Below are positions 46,506 through 56,356 of a stretch of 64,000 bases of DNA, in pieces (the stretch's first letter is position 1; each line of letters starts with the position of its first letter). This stretch comes from Thermoanaerobaculia bacterium (GTDB taxonomy: Bacteria; Acidobacteriota; Thermoanaerobaculia; Multivoradales; UBA5704): positions 77,750 to 141,749 of the forward strand of contig JBGAGQ010000007.1 of the NCBI GenBank assembly GCA_044226625.1. Direction: 5' to 3'. The position numbers and the translations under genes were made by a program. Under the pieces are notes generated by a model. It saw only the letters and a program-made list of their open reading frames with translations, was not told where the DNA came from and ran no database searches.

Positions 46506-47756
46506 TCAACCCGCGACGGCGGGCGCCCGGAGCGCAGCCAAGATCTCCACCACGTCCAGCTCCGGCACGAACATCCGGGGCACCAAACGGGCGAGATGGT
46601 CTTCGACCAGAGGCAAGCCCCCGGGGAGATCGGGAAGCGTCTCCCGCGCCTCGGCGCTCGCGGCGTAACGGAAGTAGAGGCTCCCGGCAGGGGTACGCTC
46701 TCGAAGCAGGCGGTCGACCAAGCCGCCGGTCGCGGGGTTGACGCGGCCGACCACGCCCTCGACGAAGACGACCGCTACCGGCCCATCGCGAGCGAAGCGC
46801 TCGGCCTCCCGTCCCACCTCGTCGGCGAGGTGGCGGGCCGCGAGCGGGTACTTCGGCGCGAAGGGTCGCTCGACCGGGCCGGCGAGCTGGCGATCGATCC
46901 GGAGGCGGAGCTCTTCGAAACTCCAGCGCTCGGTCCCCTCGAAAGAGAGCAGGTCGAAGCGGTCGCGGGCGCCCACGCGGACTTTGCCGTGCTCCGAACG
47001 AACGCTGGTCGGCGAGTTGAAGTACACCCGGCCCGAGAGAGGATCGACGACCGGCGGAAAGAAGCCGAACAGACGCCCCTCGAGCTCGCGCCCACCCTGC
47101 GCTTTTCGGGCGTCGAATTCCTCCTCGACGAGGGCGGCAAAGTGCGGATCGGTGAGCCATCGGGTCGGCTCCGCCGCCACCCGGGAGAGGACCTCGATCG
47201 AGGCGATCGCACCAACCGATCGGGCGAGCGCTCGCCGCGCGACGGCCTCTTCGAATGCGAGGACCGGCTTTTCACGATGGTCATCGAGCAGATCGCGCCA
47301 TTCGTCGAGCCGCCGTATATCGATCGCGGGGTGGGCCGCGGATTGCGCCGCTTCGACCGCCGACCCGTTCGTCTCCCCCACGACGCTGGCGAAGGCGGCA
47401 AAGAACAGCTCGGCGGCGACCGGGCAACCGGCTTTCCCATCGTCCGCCTCGAAGGCGTAGGGGATCCAGCGCTCGCGCAGCTCGGCGATCGCCTCGCGAC
47501 GCGCGGCGCGCCGATCGGGAGCGAGGCGAATCGAGCGCCGGATGGCGGCGAGCTCGTCGTCGGACCGGTGATAGAGGACGCTGTACTCTTCGATCGACTG
47601 GCCCGCGTCGATCACGAGCCGCACATGCGATTCGACGCCGGCACCCGCGAGCCGCTCGGCGAGGTATCCCGCCTGGGTTAGGTTGAGACAGGCGTCCTCG
47701 CGCAGATGGACCGACTGGCCACGAGCCTCGACGACCACGAGGGCGCGAGGGGTCAC
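46506..47756 (-). CDS. hypothetical 416-aa soluble protein
   Basis: Globular-looking composition; GTG start overlaps the dioxygenase stop (GTGA). Family not recognised. Confidence 0.7.
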   Translation of the reverse strand: MTPRALVVVEARGQSVHLREDACLNLTQAGYLAERLAGAGVESHVRLVIDAGQSIEEYSVLYHRSDDELAAIRRSIRLAPDRRAARREAIAELRERWIPYAFEADDGKAGCPVAAELFFAAFASVVGETNGSAVEAAQSAAHPAIDIRRLDEWRDLLDDHREKPVLAFEEAVARRALARSVGAIASIEVLSRVAAEPTRWLTDPHFAALVEEEFDARKAQGGRELEGRLFGFFPPVVDPLSGRVYFNSPTSVRSEHGKVRVGARDRFDLLSFEGTERWSFEELRLRIDRQLAGPVERPFAPKYPLAARHLADEVGREAERFARDGPVAVVFVEGVVGRVNPATGGLVDRLLRERTPAGSLYFRYAASAEARETLPDLPGGLPLVEDHLARLVPRMFVPELDVVEILAALRAPAVAG

Positions 47757-48349
47757 GAGCCTCGAGTCCGCTCCGGATCGAGCTCCGGAGCCGCGACGAT
47801 CCGCATCCAGCGCTCGCCCTCGATCTCGACCTCTCCCTCACGCCGAAAGTAGCTACACGGGCGCCCCGCCTGTTCATCGTAATAGGGGGAGAACAGGTCG
47901 ACGAAAGCGGTGTCTTCGAGCGCCCGGAGGTGATGGAGGTTGCCGTCGTTCGGCGAGAGAACGTCGCACGGATCGTCCGGACCGACGCACCGCGCCGGCT
48001 TCGATCGGGCGAGGCCCGGGCGATCCGGCACCCAGTCGTATGAGGAGATCTCCAGGCGCCCGACCAGCACGCGCAGCAGCACCGTCATCTCCGGGTGGTC
48101 GTGGAGCGGCAGCTCGGCTCCTCGCGGAACGAGGAAAAGGCACGCGTAGAGGTCGGGGCGGTGAAACAGAACCTCTTCGGTCCAGGAGCGGCTCCGGTCG
48201 AGCGTCGAGAAATCGATTCCGAGGTCGGCCGCCACGAGCCCCCGGAGCTGGGCGGCCAGAGCGCCGAGGTGCGGTCCCTCGGTCGCCTTGCCGGCCCGGG
48301 CAAACTCTTCCGCCGCGCGATCGGCCAGCCGGGACAGCTTCGCGTGCAT
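47753..48349 (-). CDS. PCO/ADO-family (cysteamine / N-terminal cysteine) dioxygenase, cupin fold
   Basis: LPLHDHPEMTV, ISSYDWV, LSPNDGNLHH and FVDLFSPYYDEQAGRPCSYF match the animal ADO and plant PCO motif series. Confidence 0.85.
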   Translation of the reverse strand: MHAKLSRLADRAAEEFARAGKATEGPHLGALAAQLRGLVAADLGIDFSTLDRSRSWTEEVLFHRPDLYACLFLVPRGAELPLHDHPEMTVLLRVLVGRLEISSYDWVPDRPGLARSKPARCVGPDDPCDVLSPNDGNLHHLRALEDTAFVDLFSPYYDEQAGRPCSYFRREGEVEIEGERWMRIVAAPELDPERTRGS

Positions 48350-48409
48350 GGGGGATAGAATATCTCTGAATCCTGTCAGGACCCGAGAAAAGCACGCCTT
48401 CTTCACGCC

Positions 48410-49624
48410 ATGGACGTTCTCGTGCTCCTACCCGACGCCTTCGATCGGGCGTCGTTCTCCGCCGTACCGGGCCACCGCTACCGTTTCGTCGAGACCGAGA
48501 TCGACCACTGGCGGCCGACCGGATTCGATCCGCTCGCCTATCTGGAACGTGCCCGAAACGCAGCCCGCCAGGGGCCGGTCGACGCGGTCGTTTCGACACA
48601 CGATCTCGGCGACTACCTGGCGGCGCTCCTGGCGCGCGAGCTCGGCCTGCCGGGCCCTTCCCCGGAGTCCGTCTTTGTCGCCCTTCACAAGTACTACGAG
48701 CGGCAGGCCGAGCGGCGCGCCGGGTTCCCCTCGGTCCGATGTGAGGCGCTCGACCTCGACGACCCCACGCCCCGCGCGTTCGGCTATCCGTGCTTCTTGA
48801 AAGCACCGTTCTTGAAGCTCGGCTTGCTCGGTTATCGGCTCGACGGTCCGGACGACCTCGCCCGCGCCTGGGCGATCGCGCGCCGCGAGCTCCCCGCCTG
48901 GTGCCGCCAGTACCTGCCCCTCTTCGAGGCGACCGTCGACCTCGACCGCTATCCCCTCGCGGCACGTCCGGTCATGCTCCTGGAAGAGTGGCGGAACGGT
49001 CCGCAGGTGACCGTCGAGGGATGGATGCGCGACGGGCGCTTCCATCTCTGGGCGATCACCGACACGAACGTCTTCCCCGGCTCGCGCGCGATCGACAACT
49101 TCTCCCTCCCCTCGCGCTTGCCCGCCGACGCCCAAGCGGCCCTCGCGGAGGCCGCGGAACGCGCCGTCCGGGCGATCGGATTCGACGGCGGCTTCGCGAA
49201 CGTGGAGCTCTGGTGGCTCGACGGCGAGGCGATCCCGATCGAGGTGAACGCCCGCTCGGCGGCGAGCTTCTCGATCCTGTACGAGCACTGCCTCAAGGCC
49301 TCGCACTGGCAGGCGATCGTCGAGGTCGCGGGGGGTGGAGCCCCCGCGAACCTTCCGGCACCCGACGGCACGGTCGGCGGCCAGTTCAACCTGATCACCT
49401 TCGCCGAGGGACGTTGGGGCGAGCTGCTCGATTTCGACGCGGCGCGCGAGATCCCCGGCCTCTCGATCGACCGCAGCCCGCAAGACCTCGCCCGGCCGTT
49501 GAGCGAGTTCGGCGTCGTCCTCGCCCAGGTCGAGCTGTTCGGCCGGAGCTACGAAGAGATTCACGCCGAGGCGACGCGCATCCGGCGCCGGCTCTTGAAG
49601 CGGCCGGAGGCGTCGCCGGGGTAA
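48410..49624 (+). CDS. ATP-grasp domain ligase
   Basis: LGLPGP..ESV...HKYY, YPCFLK, LEEWRNGPQVTVEG, FANVEL, IEVNAR. Confidence 0.85.
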   Translation: MDVLVLLPDAFDRASFSAVPGHRYRFVETEIDHWRPTGFDPLAYLERARNAARQGPVDAVVSTHDLGDYLAALLARELGLPGPSPESVFVALHKYYERQAERRAGFPSVRCEALDLDDPTPRAFGYPCFLKAPFLKLGLLGYRLDGPDDLARAWAIARRELPAWCRQYLPLFEATVDLDRYPLAARPVMLLEEWRNGPQVTVEGWMRDGRFHLWAITDTNVFPGSRAIDNFSLPSRLPADAQAALAEAAERAVRAIGFDGGFANVELWWLDGEAIPIEVNARSAASFSILYEHCLKASHWQAIVEVAGGGAPANLPAPDGTVGGQFNLITFAEGRWGELLDFDAAREIPGLSIDRSPQDLARPLSEFGVVLAQVELFGRSYEEIHAEATRIRRRLLKRPEASPG

Positions 49625-49880
49625 GCGCGAGAGGGTTCGGCCTCGCTTTCCGCCATCCTCGAAGAACACCCATTCGAGGGAGCCGCCATGCTCGGACGCA
49701 ATCCGTCTTCCTGGAGCAACCCCCAACCCAGGTTGCGCCCCTTCTCGAGCTGAACGGACCTGGAGCCCCCCTGCGTCCTCGTCCGGAGTGGAACCCCCTC
49801 GTAACACATTTCCTCGAATTCGGAATCTCCCCTTCCCAGAGGCCCCTGGATCCAGGGATTTTCTCAAAGGAGGTTCCCCG

Positions 49881-51140
49881 ATGCGCCGACGTTTCCCGGT
49901 GGCTCTCGCCGCCTTGATCTCATTCGCCCTGGCTTGGGCCGCGTCGCCTCTCCGAGCGGGAATCTGTTCCCTCGACGAGGTCCCGGCGGCGACGCTCCTG
50001 CTTCCCTATTTCGAGGTCGATCTCGTCGACTCGAACGGCCCGAACACGTTGATCTCGGTCAACAATGCGGCCAGCGCTGGGGTGGTCGCTCACGTCGTCC
50101 TCTGGACGGACATGAGCGTGCCGACGCTCGATTTCGACGTCTATCTCACGGGCTACGACTCCGAGACGATCGATCTGCGGGACATCTTCATCAACCGCAA
50201 GTTCCCGCGGACGGCTCCGGCCGGCCAGGATCCGAACGACACGATCAGCCCGCGCGGCCCGTTCTCGCAGGACCCTGAGCTCGCGTCCTGCGCCGGCTTG
50301 CTCCCTCCACCGAATCTCCCGACGTCCTTCGCGACCCACATCAGGGCGGCGCACACGGGCAACTTCTCAGCGATTCTGAACGGCTGCGCCGGACTGAACC
50401 ATGGCGACGACATCGCCCGCGGTTACGTCACGATCGACGCCATGAACCGCTGCTCGCTCAAGTTCCCCGGCGACCTCGGCTATTTCCAGAACGGTGGTAC
50501 CGGCGATGCCTCGAATCAGAACGTGCTTTGGGGCAGCTACGCGTTCGTCGATTTCGGCGGCGTGATCTTCCAAAACGATACCCTGGTCCACATCGAAGCC
50601 TCGACCAGCGCCGAAACGGCGGCCGTGGGGCAGCACACGTTCTACGGCCGATACGTCAACTGGACGGCGGCCGACAATCGCGAGCCGCTCGGTACCCGAT
50701 TCGCCGCCCCCTTCGTGACCGTCCCCGGATCGTCGAATACCGACCTCATCGTGTGGCGCGATCCGAAGCTCCGTCAAAACGCGTTCAAATGCGGCACCGT
50801 TCCGTCTTGGTATCCGCTCTTCCAAGACCGAGTCCTCTCCTTCGATTCCTCCGAGGAAATCGAAGACCTACCGGGTACGGAGTTTCCCTTCCCAGCGGCG
50901 GCCCAACGAACGAGGGTCGACGGATTCGACTTCCCACTGTCCTTCCCGTCGGGTTGGACCTTTCTCGATCTCAACACGGCGGTCATCTCAGCCGGCCTGA
51001 ACCCGCCCGAAGACCCGAGCGCCGCGCAGGGCTGGGTCAAGACGGTCAGGAACCAAAACGGGCTTTTCGCGGGCGGCTTCGACGCGATCCATCTGGATTC
51101 CGCCTGCCAGGCGAAGCACAAACAGCCGGGCCCCCCGTAA
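49881..51140 (+). CDS. secreted Cys-containing protein of unknown function
   Basis: RBS AAAGGAGG; signal peptide; CSLDEVPAATLLLPYFEVD...GYVTID...NVLWG. Confidence 0.75.
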   Translation: MRRRFPVALAALISFALAWAASPLRAGICSLDEVPAATLLLPYFEVDLVDSNGPNTLISVNNAASAGVVAHVVLWTDMSVPTLDFDVYLTGYDSETIDLRDIFINRKFPRTAPAGQDPNDTISPRGPFSQDPELASCAGLLPPPNLPTSFATHIRAAHTGNFSAILNGCAGLNHGDDIARGYVTIDAMNRCSLKFPGDLGYFQNGGTGDASNQNVLWGSYAFVDFGGVIFQNDTLVHIEASTSAETAAVGQHTFYGRYVNWTAADNREPLGTRFAAPFVTVPGSSNTDLIVWRDPKLRQNAFKCGTVPSWYPLFQDRVLSFDSSEEIEDLPGTEFPFPAAAQRTRVDGFDFPLSFPSGWTFLDLNTAVISAGLNPPEDPSAAQGWVKTVRNQNGLFAGGFDAIHLDSACQAKHKQPGPP

Positions 51141-51241
51141 GCGGCAGTCGGCGCGACGTTCCCAGCAAGACCCGCTGTTCTTGGTGGAGGATGACACCGT
51201 GAACCGGGCGGGGGCCGGAGCCCCCGCCCTGATTCGAATCG

Positions 51242-52843
51242 TTACGCTCCCGCGACCGCGAGCTCTTTTTCGCCGAACAGGCGCTCGGCGTTGACGCCGT
51301 GATCGAGGCAATCTTTGATCAGGCGATCCGACGCGATGATCGGGTCGGAATCGGGAGCGTACTCCTTGGCCATGATGTAGCGCAGCCAGGGCTCCATGCC
51401 CATCGCGTAGACGTAGGCCTCGCGGCAGTTGAAGCTCTTGACGATCTCGATGCCGCGCTCGTAGTTCGAGCCCGAGAGGCGTCGCGAGTGGTCCATTTTG
51501 CGGTCGACCGGCTTGGTGATCAGCGGCCCGTACAGCCAAGAAAGCGGCGCACCGTCGCACTCCATGCCGAGGAACAGGATGTCCACGTCGCCGGTCACCG
51601 CGCGGACGTGCTCGTAAACCTTGGGCTCGACGTTGCACGAGTCGGCCGCGAGCATCAGGCTACCCTGCTCGGTCCGCACCATGTAGGCCATCTTGGTGAG
51701 GATGTTCAGGTCGGAGTGCTCGCCCAGGAACGGGATGCCGGTGATCGTGCCGCCGTCCATCTCGATCTCTTCCATCTCGTCGATCTCGTAGACGTTCTTG
51801 AAGCCGAGCTTCTGGAGGAAGAGCTTGAGCGAGGGATCGGCGAGATAGCCGCCGCCGTTCCTCGGCACGATGATGTTCTTGACCTTGTGCCGCAGCTGGA
51901 GCATCGACTCGAGCAGGATGTGATCCTGGTGGTTGTGCGTGATGACCACGTAGTCGATGACGTCCGGAAGATCCGAGTAGGTGAAGCGCGGAATGTCGCC
52001 GTGCTGGTCGTAGGCGATGACCGGATCGGAGAGGATCGAGAAACCGGGAGCCTCGACGAGGATGCAGGCGTGGCCGAAGTACCGCGTGCGCAGCTTGTTC
52101 CCCTCGTACCGACGGTACGGAGCCGGCGCTTCGGAGGTGAGGAAGGTCCGGAAGATCTCATCGTGCTCGTCCGGCACCCCGAGCATCTCCTTGATGAAGC
52201 CGAAAGTCTGCGGCTCGCGCTTCATCTTGAACAGCTCGTCGATCGCCGGGCTCATGAACGGGATCTTCAAACGGATCGTGCCGGGACCCGGCAGGTTCGG
52301 CGTCGAGAGGACGAACGGCCGATCCTGCTCGTCTTCCATCAAGCGGAGCGACAGCTCCTGGAAATCGGTGCGGTAGTACTTGCTCGAGTAGAGCAGCCGC
52401 TCGATCAAGCGGAACGACGGGTTGTTGTTCAAGTCGTAGAGCAGCTCGACGTAACCGCGAAGCGGCTCGGGAACGCGCGGATACAGGGGCTCCAGCGAGA
52501 AGCCCTTGGCCTCGTTGCGCAGCATCTCGTCGAGCTCTTTGATCGCCTTGGCGAGGACGATCAGCTCGCCCTGCTCCTTCTGCGTCCACTCGACCAGCGC
52601 CTTCACCTCGTTCGCGCGGTTCGGCGGGTAGTTCACGAACGGACCGCCCAGCATCGCCGGGTTCTTCACCGCCGCCCAGTGGACCATCGGCGCCTGGACG
52701 TACGACTTCATGATCGACAGATGGCGCTCGAGGATGTTCAAACCATAGGTGGCCGGCGGCAGCAGATGGGGCCAGGCGTACCAACTGCCGACCAGGGGCT
52801 CGGCCAATACGTTGGGCTTTAGGTAGTACTTCTCGCTATTCAA
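51242..52843 (-). CDS. CmlA-like diiron beta-hydroxylase (metallo-beta-lactamase fold)
   Basis: EPLVGSWYAW, RPFVLSTP, YFGHACIL, THNHQDH, PFLGEHSDL, GMECDGAPLSWLYG, YAMGMEPW; TTG start with GGAGG RBS. Confidence 0.85.
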   Translation of the reverse strand: MNSEKYYLKPNVLAEPLVGSWYAWPHLLPPATYGLNILERHLSIMKSYVQAPMVHWAAVKNPAMLGGPFVNYPPNRANEVKALVEWTQKEQGELIVLAKAIKELDEMLRNEAKGFSLEPLYPRVPEPLRGYVELLYDLNNNPSFRLIERLLYSSKYYRTDFQELSLRLMEDEQDRPFVLSTPNLPGPGTIRLKIPFMSPAIDELFKMKREPQTFGFIKEMLGVPDEHDEIFRTFLTSEAPAPYRRYEGNKLRTRYFGHACILVEAPGFSILSDPVIAYDQHGDIPRFTYSDLPDVIDYVVITHNHQDHILLESMLQLRHKVKNIIVPRNGGGYLADPSLKLFLQKLGFKNVYEIDEMEEIEMDGGTITGIPFLGEHSDLNILTKMAYMVRTEQGSLMLAADSCNVEPKVYEHVRAVTGDVDILFLGMECDGAPLSWLYGPLITKPVDRKMDHSRRLSGSNYERGIEIVKSFNCREAYVYAMGMEPWLRYIMAKEYAPDSDPIIASDRLIKDCLDHGVNAERLFGEKELAVAGA

Positions 52844-53059
52844 CGCGGATTCCTCCAAGTGCTGTCGGGCCGGGATGTCTCGGTTTGGATGAAGAAAGGG
52901 CCAACGGAGCGCGACGGCTCCCTCTATCAAGTGCCCTCTCGGGCTCCAGACGAGACAGGCGTCGACTGGATTCTCGAACGAACGGACGAGTGAAAAACCG
53001 CCCCAAAAGGCGGGGACAAGAACCCTCCGCCGGTGTCCGAACCTCGACGGGAATTCGAG

Positions 53060-54007
53060 CTAGGCGCGAGCCCGGAACCAGGACGCCGTGCGCGACAACC
53101 CCTCGGCGAGCGGCAGGGGCTCGGGCAGACCGAGATCGCGTCGGCCGCGCGAGCCGTCGATCACCGAACGGAGCTGCTCTCCAGCCTTGGCGGGGCCATG
53201 CTCCGCCGGCCGGTCGACGCCCAAGGCGGCCGCGATCTGCCGGTAGAGCTCGACCACGTCGGTCTCGATCGCGGTACCGACGTTGTAGGTGAGGAATCCC
53301 GGCCGGCCGGCGGCCGCGAGGTTCGCCCGGACGACGTCCGAAACGTGCACGTAGTCTCGCGTCTGGCGGCCGGTTCCGTTGATCATGGCCGACCCGCCCC
53401 CGAGCAACCGTTGGAGGAAGATCGCGACCACCCCGGCCTCCCCGTGCGGGTTCTGGCGCTCGCCGTAGACGTTGGCGTACCGTAGGCAGGCGACGTCGAG
53501 CCCGTAAGCCACGTGGTAGAAGTACAGATAGCGCTCGACCGCGAGCTTGCTCGCGCCGTACGGCGAGACCGGACGCGTCGGATGCTCCTCCGTCGCCGGA
53601 AACGCTTCCTGCTCGCCGTAGATCGCGCCGCCGGTCGAGGCGAACAGGACCTGGGAGAGCTTCGCCTTGCGGCCGGCTTCGAGGAGGTTCAGCGTGCCGA
53701 CCACGTTGACCTGGGCATCGAACACGGGGTCCTCCACCGAGCGGCGGACGTCCATCTGCGCCGCGTGGTGGATCAGGAGCTCGACCCCCTCGTCGGCGAT
53801 CATTTGGGCCGCCTCTGGCGACCGGATGTCGAGGACGAACAGCTCGGCGCCCGCGGGGACGTTCTCGCGCTTACCGCCCGAGAGATCGTCGAGGATCAGC
53901 ACCCGGTCGCCCGCGGCGAGAAAGCCGTCCGCGACGTGCGACCCGATGAATCCGGCTCCGCCGGTGATGCAAACCGTCCGTTGCGTCTCGTTCCGTTCGT
54001 TTCCCAT
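53060..54007 (-). CDS. NAD-dependent epimerase/dehydratase (UDP-glucose 4-epimerase-like)
   Basis: TGGAGFIGSH, HHAAQMDVRRS, STGGAIYG, YGASK, LRYANVYG, QTRDYVHV. Confidence 0.93.
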   Translation of the reverse strand: MGNERNETQRTVCITGGAGFIGSHVADGFLAAGDRVLILDDLSGGKRENVPAGAELFVLDIRSPEAAQMIADEGVELLIHHAAQMDVRRSVEDPVFDAQVNVVGTLNLLEAGRKAKLSQVLFASTGGAIYGEQEAFPATEEHPTRPVSPYGASKLAVERYLYFYHVAYGLDVACLRYANVYGERQNPHGEAGVVAIFLQRLLGGGSAMINGTGRQTRDYVHVSDVVRANLAAAGRPGFLTYNVGTAIETDVVELYRQIAAALGVDRPAEHGPAKAGEQLRSVIDGSRGRRDLGLPEPLPLAEGLSRTASWFRARA

Positions 54008-54127
54008 GGCCCCCGAAGAGTAGCGGAAGCGGCCCCGAGGCGCCAATCGCCCGAGGGGCGAAACGGGAGCGACAAACCGCGCGTGATACGTTCGCCGGGA
54101 CTTTTCGCGTTTTCCTCTAAAGCCCTC

Positions 54128-56356
54128 GTGCTGCGAGATCTCCTCCCTTCCCGACTCCGCTCCTGGCTGCGCCGCGAGAGCGGTCGCGAGGCGTTCGATT
54201 GGAACGCCCCGCCCGGACGCGTCCACGACGACCGCGGCGCGCCCGAGGAGACGACCGTGGTCGTTCCGGTCTACGAGGCGCCTGAGCCGTTCGCGCGCTG
54301 CCTCGCGGCGCTGGTCGCCCACACCGACCTCGCCCGCCACGGCGCGATCCTGGTGCTCGACGGCCCACAGCCCGAGGCGACCGAGGCGCTGCTCGCGCGG
54401 CCGATCCCGGGGATCGAGGTCGTCCGCGCGCCGGAGCGGCGCGGGTTCGTCCGGAGCGTCAACGTCGGCATGGAGCGCGCCGGAAGGCGCGATGTCGTCC
54501 TGTTGAACAGCGACGCGATCGTCACCGCCGGCTGGCTCGAGAAGTTGCGCGCCGCCGCCTACTCGGCCCCAGAGGTCGCGAGCATCACCCCTTTCTCGAA
54601 CACCGCGACGATCTGCTCGCTCCCCCGTTTCCTCGCCGCCAACGCCCTTCCGGCGGGCGAGACGATCGAGACCTTCGCCCGGCGGATCGAGACGCGATCG
54701 GCGCGTGGTTCGAGGGAGCGCTATCCGCGCCTGCCCACGGGGGTCGGCGTCTGTCTCTACCTCAAACGCCGTGCGCTCGACGAGATCGGCCTCTTCGACG
54801 AGCAGACGTTCGGCCTCGGTTATGGCGAGGAGAGCGAATGGTGCCAACGAGCGCTCAAGGCCGGCTGGCGCCACGTGCTCGACGACGCGACGTTCGTCTA
54901 CCACGAGGGGCACCAGAGCTTCGGGCCCTCGCGCCGGCGCCGGGTTCGGGGCGCCCATCGCGCGCTTTCGAAGCTCCATCCGGACTACCTCGCGACGGTC
55001 GCCCGCTTCGTGCGCGAGGATCCTCTCGCGGAGGTCCGTGAGCGGGCGCTCGAAGGGCTGATTCCTCCGCGCCGCGCGTCGCGCCCCGGGGGGCCGAAGA
55101 AAGTCGTCCACCTGGTCCACGGCTGGCCGCCGTGGAGCTCGGCGGGTACCGAGCTTTATGCCGCCTGGCTCGCCCGGCGGCAGACGACCTGGCGCGAGGT
55201 GGCGGTCTACGCTCGGATCGAGGACCGCTCCCGCTCTCTCGGCGACGCGATCGAGCAGATCGACGCGGGTGCCCGCGTCCGCTTGATAGTCCACAACTTC
55301 CTCGAGCGGGATCCGCGGTCGAGAAACGCCCTCTCCTCGAAGATCCTCGAGCGCGATTTCGCCCGCTTTCTCGACCAGGAGCGGCCCGACCTGCTCCACG
55401 TCCACCACCTCGCCGGGCACGCCGCGACGCTGCCGCGGGAAGCACGGCGGCGCGGCCTGCCGATCGTCTACCAGGTCCAGGACTGGTGGAGCGTCTGCGC
55501 CCGCGCGAACCTCCTCGACCGCCATCGCCAGCCCTGCTCGGGGCCCGGGCTCGCGAAGTGCTCGCGCTGCCTGCCGCTCACCGGGCTGCCCGGGCGGTCC
55601 CTTCTCAACCCCCTGCTCTACGCCGAGCGCCGCCGCCTCCATCTCCGGGCCCTCGCGGAGGCCGACGTACGCATCGCCGGCTCCCGTTTCCTCGCCGAGA
55701 GCCTGCGCGCGCTGCTCGGCCCGGCGGCGCCGCCGATCGAGGTAATCCCCTACGGCGTCGAGCTGGGCGATTGCCCTCCTCCGGCGCGGAACGCCGCCCA
55801 AGCTCCTCTCCGCTTCGGATTTCTCGGCTCGTTCCTCCCCCATAAAGGGCTCCACGTCGCCGCCCGCGCCTTCGCCGGCATCGACCCTGCGCGCGCGCGG
55901 CTTCACGTTTACGGCGATCCGGCGATCGACCCCGCCTATTCGGAGGACGTGCGCCGGATCGGCGGGGAGGCCCTGGTCTGGCACGGCCGGTTCCCCGAAG
56001 ACGAAAAAGCCCGCGTCCTCGCGGATCTCGACGCGTTGATCGTCCCCTCGCTCGGACTCGAATCATTCGGCCTCGCGGCGCGCGAGGCGATGGCGGTCGG
56101 TACGCCCGTGCTCGCGGCCCGTCGCGGAGCGCTCGCCGAGCTGCCGCTCGAAACGCTCGGCTGCGGGGCGTTCTTCGACCCCGAGCTGCCGGAGGAGCTG
56201 CGCGGCTGGATCGAGCGGCTTGCCGACGACCCGGCGATCCTCGACCGCTGGAGCGAGCGGCTTCCGGCCGTCGAGGGAATGGACCAGCATGCCGAGGCGA
56301 TCGAGGCCGTGTACGAGCGCGTTCTCCAAGGAAGGGAGGGGCGGAAGCGACGATGA
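54128..56356 (+). CDS. GT2 + GT4 bifunctional glycosyltransferase
   Basis: GFVRSVN, LLNSD, GYGEESEWC, then GTELY, HKG and ESFGLAAREAMAVGTPV. Start approximate. Confidence 0.9.
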   Translation: MLRDLLPSRLRSWLRRESGREAFDWNAPPGRVHDDRGAPEETTVVVPVYEAPEPFARCLAALVAHTDLARHGAILVLDGPQPEATEALLARPIPGIEVVRAPERRGFVRSVNVGMERAGRRDVVLLNSDAIVTAGWLEKLRAAAYSAPEVASITPFSNTATICSLPRFLAANALPAGETIETFARRIETRSARGSRERYPRLPTGVGVCLYLKRRALDEIGLFDEQTFGLGYGEESEWCQRALKAGWRHVLDDATFVYHEGHQSFGPSRRRRVRGAHRALSKLHPDYLATVARFVREDPLAEVRERALEGLIPPRRASRPGGPKKVVHLVHGWPPWSSAGTELYAAWLARRQTTWREVAVYARIEDRSRSLGDAIEQIDAGARVRLIVHNFLERDPRSRNALSSKILERDFARFLDQERPDLLHVHHLAGHAATLPREARRRGLPIVYQVQDWWSVCARANLLDRHRQPCSGPGLAKCSRCLPLTGLPGRSLLNPLLYAERRRLHLRALAEADVRIAGSRFLAESLRALLGPAAPPIEVIPYGVELGDCPPPARNAAQAPLRFGFLGSFLPHKGLHVAARAFAGIDPARARLHVYGDPAIDPAYSEDVRRIGGEALVWHGRFPEDEKARVLADLDALIVPSLGLESFGLAAREAMAVGTPVLAARRGALAELPLETLGCGAFFDPELPEELRGWIERLADDPAILDRWSERLPAVEGMDQHAEAIEAVYERVLQGREGRKRR

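Noticed and set aside
54008-55984. Apparent 974-aa epimerase fusion
   Set aside because: The N-terminal 659 aa are antisense to the glycosyltransferase; the real gene starts at 54007.
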